64,000 nucleotides of DNA from Candidatus Moraniibacteriota bacterium (GTDB lineage Bacteria; Patescibacteriota; Minisyncoccia; Moranbacterales; UBA1568). Every line of letters starts with the position of its first letter. The first letter of the stretch is position 1. The stretch spans positions 89,665-153,664 of the forward strand of contig JAUSGT010000002.1 of assembly GCA_030648835.1 (NCBI GenBank), read 5' to 3'. Below the pieces are notes generated by a model. That model saw nothing but the letters and a program-made list of their open reading frames with translations, was not told the origin of the DNA and did no database searches. Below, one piece after another: positions 56,813-64,000 of this stretch. A program made the translations under genes and the position numbers.

Positions 56813-56841
56813 TTGACAAAGAGCTTTTTATTGAGTATCAT
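56813..56841 (+). promoter_or_regulatory. sigma70-like promoter (TTGACA-17-TATCAT) upstream of nusA
   Basis: Near-consensus hexamers ~135 nt upstream of the nusA ATG. Confidence 0.5.
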
Positions 56842-56975
56842 ACTGTATGAAAGTAGGGTTGGTATGAAAGTTCGCTTGATGCGGGCTTTTTTCTTTAAGT
56901 AAACAGAAAGCTAATGAGTAACAGAAAACAGATTTTTTAATACGTTATACATAATACGTAATACATCATATAACT

Positions 56976-58397
56976 ATGGCAAGAAAAAAACGTGTAGTAG
57001 AGGAAACAGAAGAAACAGAGGAAAAGGGCGCATCTGAGGAAGGCAGTCTCTCCGGACGCTTGGGCGAATTCGGGAGCGCAGTGATGCAGATCGCCGAAGA
57101 GAAGGGCATTTCCAAAGAGCGGGTGCTCGAAGTTGTGGAAGCCGCGCTGGCGGCCGCCTACAAGAAAGACTACGGCAAGAAAGGTCAAGTCATTCGTTCC
57201 GAGTTTGACGAAATGAAAAAAGATGCCAAATTTTTTCTGGTGAAAGAGGTAGTTGATGAAACAACTCGCGAGTTTGTCACGGAAGAAGCTGACGAGGAGA
57301 TAAACGACCAACGACCAACGACTCACAACGAAGAAAAAGAAAAAAAAGCTAAAGAAACGGATGAAATCAAAGAAGCGAATGTTGCTGATGAGGAGCGCTT
57401 GCCACGTTTCAACCCGGAGCGGGACATGCTTCTCGGAGAGGCGAAGAAACTGAAAAAGGGCATCAAGGTTGGCGAGACGATCGAACTTCCCCTCGAAACG
57501 CACGATGAGTTTGGCCGGGTGGCCGCTCAGACTGCCAAACAGGTGATTATCCAACGTATCCGCGAAGCGGAGCGTGAAGCGATGTTTGAAGAGTACAAAG
57601 AGAAGGAGGGCCAAGTGGTCAGCGGTATCGTCCAGCGCGTGGAGGGGCGGAATGTATTTGTTGATCTCGGAAAATCCGTCGGCATCCTGTTTCCTTCGGA
57701 ACAGATTGAAGGGGAAAATTATCGTGTTGGTCAGCATCTGAAAGTGTATCTTGTGCGAGTAGAGTCAGATACCAAAGGACCGGGGTTGCTTCTGTCACGT
57801 ACTCATCCCGAAATGGTGCGTCACCTTTTCTCACTGGAAGTCCCGGAAATTTTTACCGGAACTGTCGAAATCAAGGCCATTGCTCGGGAAGCCGGTTCAC
57901 GTACAAAAATTGCCGTTTTTTCGGCGGAAGAAGGTGTTGATCCGATTGGTTCTTGTGTTGGGCAGAAGGGGACCCGTGTACAGGCCATTATCGATGAGTT
58001 GGGCGGTGAGAAAATAGACATTATCGGATGGAATGAAAATGTGGAAAAATTTATCGCTGCCGCTTTGTCGCCGGCCAAAGTACTTTCGGCCAAACTTTTT
58101 GAGGCGGAAAGACGCGCCTTGGTCAAGGTTCCCAGCGATCAGTTGTCACTGGCGATCGGGAAGCGCGGACAAAATGTTCGTTTGGCTGCCAAGCTGACCG
58201 GATGGAAAATCGATGTGATGAGTGATGATCTGCCACCGGCTGAAAAACCAGCGGCGGAAACGGAAGAAGTCGCGTCTGAAGAAGTCGTGTCTCAAGAAAG
58301 CGCTCCGGAAGCCCCAGCTGGAGAAGAGAGTCAGGAATCAGGAATAGAGAATCAAGAAGAAGAAAGTAAAAAAGTTGCAGAGAAAAAAGAATCATGA
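56976..58397 (+). CDS. nusA: transcription termination/antitermination factor NusA with acidic C-terminal tail
   Basis: S1 domain then two KH domains ('VDPIGSCVGQKGTRVQAII', 'QLSLAIGKRGQNVRLAAKLTGWKIDV'); 473 aa. Confidence 0.9.
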   Translation: MARKKRVVEETEETEEKGASEEGSLSGRLGEFGSAVMQIAEEKGISKERVLEVVEAALAAAYKKDYGKKGQVIRSEFDEMKKDAKFFLVKEVVDETTREFVTEEADEEINDQRPTTHNEEKEKKAKETDEIKEANVADEERLPRFNPERDMLLGEAKKLKKGIKVGETIELPLETHDEFGRVAAQTAKQVIIQRIREAEREAMFEEYKEKEGQVVSGIVQRVEGRNVFVDLGKSVGILFPSEQIEGENYRVGQHLKVYLVRVESDTKGPGLLLSRTHPEMVRHLFSLEVPEIFTGTVEIKAIAREAGSRTKIAVFSAEEGVDPIGSCVGQKGTRVQAIIDELGGEKIDIIGWNENVEKFIAAALSPAKVLSAKLFEAERRALVKVPSDQLSLAIGKRGQNVRLAAKLTGWKIDVMSDDLPPAEKPAAETEEVASEEVVSQESAPEAPAGEESQESGIENQEEESKKVAEKKES

Positions 58398-58493
58398 TTC
58401 ATAATTCTTGATTCGCTATTCTTCGTTTGTTAAGAAAATCCTTTGAGAAAAATTCTAGTGTGATTTCAAAAATAATTTTTTAAAAAAACGAAT

Positions 58494-59024
58494 ATGAACT
58501 TGTGGCATGAAATTTCGGCGGGGGATGCGGTTCCGAACATCATTAATGTGATTATTGAGATTCCGAAAGGGTCGCACAATAAATACGAAATTGATAAGGA
58601 AACCGGGCTTATCAAGCTTGATCGCGCGATGAAAAGTTCGCAAGACTATCCTTTTGATTATGGTTTTGTCCCACAATCTCTCTGGGAAGATGGAGACGCT
58701 CTCGATGTGATTCTCCTCGCCACGTATCCTCTCTATCCCGGAATTCTCGTAGAGGCACGGCCGGTGGCTGTGATGCGCATGATTGATGGCGGCGAAGGAG
58801 ATGACAAAATAATCGCTGTGCCAAAAAGTGATTCGCGTTGGGAAGATGTACAGGATCTTGCTGATATCAATAAACATACTATCAAAGAGATTCAACACTT
58901 TCTTGAAACATATAAGTCCATCGAAGGAAAGAGTGTTGTGATCAGTGGCGTTGAGGGGCGTGAGCAAGCCTTGGAAGCAGTGAAGAAAGGACTTCAAATG
59001 TATCAGGACAAGTATAGCAAGTAA
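58494..59024 (+). CDS. ppa: inorganic pyrophosphatase (family I)
   Basis: 'NVIIEIPKGSHNKYEIDKETG', 'DGDALDVIL'. Confidence 0.9.
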   Translation: MNLWHEISAGDAVPNIINVIIEIPKGSHNKYEIDKETGLIKLDRAMKSSQDYPFDYGFVPQSLWEDGDALDVILLATYPLYPGILVEARPVAVMRMIDGGEGDDKIIAVPKSDSRWEDVQDLADINKHTIKEIQHFLETYKSIEGKSVVISGVEGREQALEAVKKGLQMYQDKYSK

Positions 59025-59043
59025 CTCTTTATCAGATGTACGT

Positions 59044-60333
59044 ATGGAAGTAACCGTTAAGAAATTACCTGAATCAAAAGTGGAGATGAAGATTACCCTT
59101 CCGTGGGAAGAGTGGCAGGGGGAAAGAGAGCATGCCGTAGAACATCTCGGGAAAGAAGTGAAGATAGCAGGATTCCGTCCGGGCAAAGTGCCGCGGGATG
59201 TGATAGAAAAACGTTTTGGTAAAGAAGCGCTTTTGATCGAAGCGGCTGAGCATGCTGTTTCACACGCATACCCCAAGGCTCTTGCGGAGAAAAAAATAGA
59301 AGCCATCGGTCGCCCAGAAGTGAAATTGGAAAAAGCGGTGTTCGGTGAATCACTCGAGTTCTCCGTAGTGACGGCAGTGATGCCGGAAGCGACACTCGGA
59401 TCTTGGCGGGATGCGGTAAAAAAAGTGAATAAGCTTTTTGCCAAACAATCCGACGCTTTGGATGAAAAAGAAGTTGTTGCGGAACTCGAGAGGCTCTCCG
59501 AGATGCGGGCGAAACTGGTGACGGTGAATCGAGAAGCGCGCCTTGGGGACAATGTTTTGGTTAATTTTTCCGTTTTACAGAATGGTGTGCTGATCGAAAA
59601 CGGTAAGAGTGAAAAGCACCCGCTTGTTTTGGGGAAAGGAGTATTCATCCCCGGTTTTGAAGAGCAGTTGGTGGGGATGAAGGAGGGAGAGGAAAAAACA
59701 TTCGAGTTGAATTTTCCGAAGGAATATCATGCCAAACATCTGGCGGGAAAACCGGCGACATTTCAAGTGAAGTTGGGGGTGGTGCAGGAACGGGAAATCC
59801 CAACCATCGACGATGCTTTTGCCCAAGGGTTGGGGAAATTCGAATCGTTGGAAAAACTGAAAGAAAATCTGAGACACGGGATGCTTGAAGAACAGAAAGC
59901 CAAGCGGAAAGCCGAGCATCGTACAGAGATTCTCGACGCGCTCGTAGCGCATGCCGATATCGAATATCCGGGAGTTCTCGTAGAGGAAGAGGCGAATCGG
60001 ATGGTGCGTGAATTCGAAATGCAAATCCAGTCGATGGGGCTCAGTTTTTCCGGTTATCTTACCCAGATGAAAAAGACAGAGGAAGAGTTGAAAAAAGACT
60101 GGGTACCGCAGACCAAAAAGCGTTTGGCCGCGCATATCATCCTCGACGCTCTCGCGGATGAAGAAGGTATTGAAATCGATAGCACGGATGTCGAGGCGGA
60201 AATGAATAAAACTCTGCAACACTATAAAAATACCAAAGATATCGAAAAAAACATCGATATGGAACGTCTCTACAGTGCCGCGCGCGGCCAATTGCGGAGT
60301 GAAAAAACCCTCGTTTGGTTAGAGAGTCTTTAA
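59044..60333 (+). CDS. tig: trigger factor
   Basis: 429 aa; N-terminal ribosome-binding domain, central PPIase-like 'GFEEQLVGMKEGEEKTFELNFPKEYHAKHLAGKPATFQVKL'; followed by clpP. Confidence 0.9.
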   Translation: MEVTVKKLPESKVEMKITLPWEEWQGEREHAVEHLGKEVKIAGFRPGKVPRDVIEKRFGKEALLIEAAEHAVSHAYPKALAEKKIEAIGRPEVKLEKAVFGESLEFSVVTAVMPEATLGSWRDAVKKVNKLFAKQSDALDEKEVVAELERLSEMRAKLVTVNREARLGDNVLVNFSVLQNGVLIENGKSEKHPLVLGKGVFIPGFEEQLVGMKEGEEKTFELNFPKEYHAKHLAGKPATFQVKLGVVQEREIPTIDDAFAQGLGKFESLEKLKENLRHGMLEEQKAKRKAEHRTEILDALVAHADIEYPGVLVEEEANRMVREFEMQIQSMGLSFSGYLTQMKKTEEELKKDWVPQTKKRLAAHIILDALADEEGIEIDSTDVEAEMNKTLQHYKNTKDIEKNIDMERLYSAARGQLRSEKTLVWLESL

Positions 60334-60384
60334 AAAGTTTTCTCGTTAAGAAGCTACAAGCTAATCAGCTAAGAAGCTAAACAT

Positions 60385-60969
60385 ATGAAGAATCAATACC
60401 TCATTCCCATGGTGGTGGAGAAAACAAATTTTGGTGAGCGCGCCTACGACATTTATTCGCGTCTTCTGAAGGACCGTATCATCTTTATCGGCGCGCCGAT
60501 TGATGATGGTGTCGCCAACGTGGTCATCGCGCAGCTTTTGTTTCTCGAATCGCAGAATGCCAAGGAGGATATCAAGATGTATATCAATTCTCCCGGAGGC
60601 GCCGTCACATCGGCGCTCGCCATCTATGATACGATGCAGTATGTGAAGCCGGAAGTGCAGACTATCTGCATCGGTATGGCGGCTTCGGCGGCGGCGCTCT
60701 TGCTTGCGGCCGGGAAAAAGGGCAAGCGCATGGCGCTCCCCAATAGCGAGGTGCTCATTCATCAGGTGTTGGGCGGTACTCAGGGTCAGGCCACAGACGT
60801 GGATATTCACGCCCGCCATATTCTAAAGACCCGCGATCGTCTGAACAAAATTCTGGCCAAACATACCGGACAAAAGTTGCAGAAGATCGAGCAAGACACC
60901 GAGCGTGATTATTTTATGAGTGCGGAAGAAGCCCTCAAATACGGCATCGTGGATAAGGTAATCCAGTAG
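60385..60969 (+). CDS. clpP: ATP-dependent Clp protease proteolytic subunit
   Basis: '[11 protein letters not shown]', '[19 protein letters not shown]', catalytic Ser in '[11 protein letters not shown]'. Confidence 0.92.
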   Translation: MKNQYLIPMVVEKTNFGERAYDIYSRLLKDRIIFIGAPIDDGVANVVIAQLLFLESQNAKEDIKMYINSPGGAVTSALAIYDTMQYVKPEVQTICIGMAASAAALLLAAGKKGKRMALPNSEVLIHQVLGGTQGQATDVDIHARHILKTRDRLNKILAKHTGQKLQKIEQDTERDYFMSAEEALKYGIVDKVIQ

Positions 60970-60984
60970 TAGTTTTTAGTGATA

Positions 60985-61020
60985 GAAAAAATCTGCTTTT
61001 GGGCAGATTTTTTGTTTTTT
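60985..61020 (+). terminator. intrinsic terminator after clpP (AAAAATCTGC-TTTTGG-GCAGATTTTTT)
   Basis: 10-bp stem, long T-tract. Confidence 0.7.
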
Positions 61021-61110
61021 CTCTTGCAAGCAACCTCCCCGGGAGCCATTTCGTTTGTCCAACGACGAACTCCACTTATGAACTTTTTTTGATCTGCCGA
61101 AACGGCAGCA

Positions 61111-61132
61111 CCCTGCCTACCGGCAGGCAGGC
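61111..61132. repeat. 22-nt hairpin repeat (inverted copy of GCCTGCCTGCCGGTAGGCAGGG found at 15918..15939 and 26307..26328)
   Basis: Exact 22/22 match in three places, one in opposite orientation. Confidence 0.7.
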
Positions 61133-61212
61133 ATGCTCAAAAAAACTTCAACTCTCCCGGGAAGATTCTTGCGGCGAGAAATCTTTTTTGTGTCAAACAC
61201 AATTTTCAAATA

Positions 61213-62778
61213 CTACTTCAGCGTTGAAAGGAGACTGGCACCGTTCATTTCGACGGGCTTTTCTATTTCCATAATATCGAGGACGGTGGGAGCAATATCG
61301 GAGAGCAACCCGTTGACTTCATTCTGTTCACGCATCATCTGTTCGGCGCTTTTTTCGCGGTGGTTGTCGGGAGTGATATACCAGAGTGGAATCGGGTTGG
61401 TAGAGTGTTCGGTGTCGATTTCTCCGGTGGAAGCTCTCTTCAATTCTTCAACGTTGCCGTGGTCGGATGTGACAATCATCGCTCCGCCGACCTTAAGAAC
61501 AGCCGGGACGACAATAGAGAGACTCTTGTCGGTAGCTTCGACGGCTTTGATGGAGGCTTCTTCGTTGCCGGTATGACCGACCATATCTGGGCTAGCATAA
61601 TTGACGAGAATGAAATCGTATTCTTTCTTTTCCAGCGCGGCGATGAGCGCCTCGGTGATTTGCGGCGAGCTCATTTCCGGAACCTCATCAAAGTGTGAGA
61701 CGGTCGGAGAGGGGATAAGGAGACGGTCCTCTCCCGGGAAAGCTTTTTCCTTGCCACCGTTGAAAAAGTAGGTGACGTGAGCGTATTTTTCCGTTTCGGC
61801 GATACGGAGCTGTTTTTTATTGTGGAGACTCAAAATTTCGCCGAGGCCGTGTTCCACATCTTCGGGTGGAAATGCGACGTGCGCCGGCAATCCGCGTTCA
61901 TGCTCCGTGAAGGTGGCGAAATAGATGTCCATGAGTTTTCGTTTGAAGCCGTCAAAATCCGGCAGAGTGAATGCTCTGGTCAATTCGCGCGCGCGGTCTT
62001 CACGGAAGTTGAAAAAAATGACCGCGTCTTTGTTCTCTATGAGAGCGATAGGCTTGTCTTTCTCAACCATAACAATAGGCTCGATGTATTCGTCGGTGAT
62101 ATTTTTGATATAGGACTGCTCGAGGACCATAAGCGGATCGGTGGCTGTTTTTTCCGTTCCCTCGGTCAACATCCGATAGGTTTTTTCGATACGATCCCAG
62201 TTGTTGTTGCGATCCATAGAGAAATTGCGACCGGAAAGGCTGGCAACTTTTCCGATGCCGACAAGGCGCATTTCACGCATCAAGTCTTTAACTTGTTGGA
62301 TTCCCGCCGTCGGGGCCGAATCGCGTCCATCGGTAAAAATATGGACATACACTTCACTCAGGCCTTCGCTTTTGGCGAGACGCAGAAGCGCAAGCAAGTG
62401 ATCCCGGTGCGAGTGGACCGAACCGGAACTGACAAGTCCCATCAGATGCAACTTGCTCTGGTTTTTCTTGACGGTATGTACGGTCTCCAGGAGAATTTCG
62501 TTTTTAAAAAAACTGCCGTCTTGGATAGAAAGCGAGATGCGAGGCATATTCTGATAGATGACACGTCCGGCGCCCATTGTCATATGGCCGACCTCGCTGT
62601 TCCCCGCGGTGTTCCACGGCAAGCCAACGGAAATCCCCGAGGCCTGCAGGGTGGTCATCGGGTAGAAACGATTCAGTTTTTCAAAAGTTGGCGTGGTGGC
62701 CTCTCGGATGGGGTTGCCCTGGATATTGTTCGAGATACCCCAGCCGTCGAGAACGACAAGAATAAGAGGTTTATACAT
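61213..62778 (-). CDS. gpmI: 2,3-bisphosphoglycerate-independent phosphoglycerate mutase
   Basis: 'MYKPLILVVLDGWGIS' N-terminus (start set to ATG 62778); iPGM metal-binding motifs 'SDHGN', 'GHTG'. Confidence 0.88.
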   Translation of the reverse strand: MYKPLILVVLDGWGISNNIQGNPIREATTPTFEKLNRFYPMTTLQASGISVGLPWNTAGNSEVGHMTMGAGRVIYQNMPRISLSIQDGSFFKNEILLETVHTVKKNQSKLHLMGLVSSGSVHSHRDHLLALLRLAKSEGLSEVYVHIFTDGRDSAPTAGIQQVKDLMREMRLVGIGKVASLSGRNFSMDRNNNWDRIEKTYRMLTEGTEKTATDPLMVLEQSYIKNITDEYIEPIVMVEKDKPIALIENKDAVIFFNFREDRARELTRAFTLPDFDGFKRKLMDIYFATFTEHERGLPAHVAFPPEDVEHGLGEILSLHNKKQLRIAETEKYAHVTYFFNGGKEKAFPGEDRLLIPSPTVSHFDEVPEMSSPQITEALIAALEKKEYDFILVNYASPDMVGHTGNEEASIKAVEATDKSLSIVVPAVLKVGGAMIVTSDHGNVEELKRASTGEIDTEHSTNPIPLWYITPDNHREKSAEQMMREQNEVNGLLSDIAPTVLDIMEIEKPVEMNGASLLSTLK

Positions 62779-63051
62779 GGTGGATTTTTTTTCTTTAGTT
62801 CTTGCTCTATGATAACATCCTTCTTCCTTTGACAAAAGGCGCCTACACGACTATGATGGACATACAGTATTAAATAGTTGATTTCTGCCCCTAGTCTGAT
62901 AGCGAGGTTTTGGAAGAGTGTAAAAGCGTTTTAGGCATTATGTCACAGAACTTTTTGGCACATCGTGCATTTGAGAATAGAACAACTCCTTCCGTAAGGG
63001 GCGGTGTTCTGGCGCTCTCTTCTCCCTATCGTCTCTGCGCAGCGCATATAT

Positions 63052-64000
63052 ATGACATTCAGTCTGATGTATTTTCTTCTTTCCGTCGTGCTTCTTATAG
63101 CCGGCGTGGTGTTGGGGTATCTTGTTAGACAAAATCTCGCCAAGAGACAGCTTTCTACTGCTGAAGGCCAGGTGGCGAAGATGATCGAGGAAGCCGATAT
63201 GAAGGCAAAAGAGATGATGATCGAGGCCAAGAACAAGGCTGTCGATATTCTTGAAGATGCCAAGAAAAACGAACAGGCGCGGGAGGGGAAACTTCTCATT
63301 CAGGAAGAGCGGCTCGAGAAACGTGAAGCACAGACAGAGAAAGGGATTCAGGATATCGATACGGAAAAACGGCGTTTGCTTCAAAAAGCCGAGGAGATCA
63401 AGGCTATTCGGGAAGAAACGGAAAAATTGCGCCAGGAAGAACTGACGCGTTTAGAAGTGTTGTCAAAGCTTTCCAAAGACGAAGCCCAGGCAAAAATCTT
63501 TTCTTTGGTTGAAGAAGAAAGCAAAGAGGCTTTGGTGAAGCGCATGTCGAAACTTGAGAACGAAAGTCACGAGGAACTGGAAAAGCGTTCACTCAATATC
63601 ATGGCGACGATCATTCAAAAATACTCCCGCTCCCATGTTTCTGAATTTACGACCACGACGGTGGCTATCCCCTCTGATGAGGTAAAAGGAAAAATTATCG
63701 GCAAAGAAGGACGGAATATTCGGGCGCTGGAAAAAGAAACCGGCGTGGAACTTATCGTTGACGATACGCCGGAGACGGTGATTATTTCCGGTTTTGATCC
63801 GGTGCGGCGCGAAATCGCCCGTATCGCCTTGGAAAAACTCGTGGCTGACGGGCGTATTCATCCGGCGCGTATCGAAGAGGCAGTCGAGGAAGCCAAGAAA
63901 GAACTGGATACGAAGATCAAGGAAGCCGGTGAAGCGGCAGCCTATGACGCCGGGATTGCCGGACTGCATCCCAAACTCCTCTATATTTTGGGACGTTTGC
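63052..64000 (+). CDS. rny: ribonuclease Y, 5' partial (runs off window)
   Basis: N-terminal TM '[18 protein letters not shown]', long KE-rich coiled coil, KH motif '[15 protein letters not shown]'; no stop before the window end. Confidence 0.8.
   Translation, partial: MTFSLMYFLLSVVLLIAGVVLGYLVRQNLAKRQLSTAEGQVAKMIEEADMKAKEMMIEAKNKAVDILEDAKKNEQAREGKLLIQEERLEKREAQTEKGIQDIDTEKRRLLQKAEEIKAIREETEKLRQEELTRLEVLSKLSKDEAQAKIFSLVEEESKEALVKRMSKLENESHEELEKRSLNIMATIIQKYSRSHVSEFTTTTVAIPSDEVKGKIIGKEGRNIRALEKETGVELIVDDTPETVIISGFDPVRREIARIALEKLVADGRIHPARIEEAVEEAKKELDTKIKEAGEAAAYDAGIAGLHPKLLYILGRL

Noticed and set aside
61777-62832. Plus-strand ORF of 351 aa
   Set aside because: Antisense shadow of gpmI.
1-64000. 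CRISPR array / cas genes
   Set aside because: No regularly spaced direct repeats with unique spacers seen. The repeated elements are terminator hairpins, a 22-nt palindrome and a gene duplication.

Overview
This 64-kb window reads like part of a small-genome, CPR/Patescibacteria-type bacterium. That is an inference from the mix of compact housekeeping genes, many small secreted or membrane hypotheticals, pilin-like paralog arrays, and a tRNA without encoded CCA next to a cca gene.

The housekeeping backbone includes a P-type ATPase, two SPFH proteins, an M23 peptidase, sppA, ApbE, Nudix, an RsuA-type pseudouridine synthase, tRNA-Leu(UAG), tRNA-Pro(CGG) and tRNA-Ser(CGA), cca, infB, typA, nusA, ppa, tig, clpP, gpmI and the 5' end of rny.

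The first ~11.6 kb looks accessory and, by eye, more AT-rich. It holds four things in order:
- A plasmid/phage-like segment: a Topo VI-A-like 'Mini-A' protein, an HUH rolling-circle Rep, a Zn-ribbon protein and a complete C5 cytosine methyltransferase.
- A tight 5-gene operon headed by a GHKL (Bergerat-fold) ATPase.
- A two-gene module: a 2-TM protein followed 5 nt later by a compact 505-aa MID-PIWI Argonaute-like protein whose catalytic D-E-D-H positions look intact. This is my top candidate for an undescribed defence system.
- A secreted trypsin-like protease with TSP1-like Cys repeats.

Other notable items:
- A tandem array of six T4SS-pilin-like (TrbC/VirB2-type) paralogs at 51.2-54.7 kb.
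- Two small GIY-YIG ORFs, each abutting a tRNA gene; one is bracketed by a 12-nt direct repeat of the tRNA-Ser 5' end.
- A ~485-bp duplicated block (15.9 kb and 26.3 kb) encoding paralogous small membrane proteins with an almost invariant leader.
- An exact 22-nt hairpin repeat at three sites.
- Families of near-identical intrinsic terminators.
- An ApbE/ferric-reductase/cupredoxin cluster.

No CRISPR array or rRNA was seen. All functional calls come from motif recognition by eye; none is search-verified.
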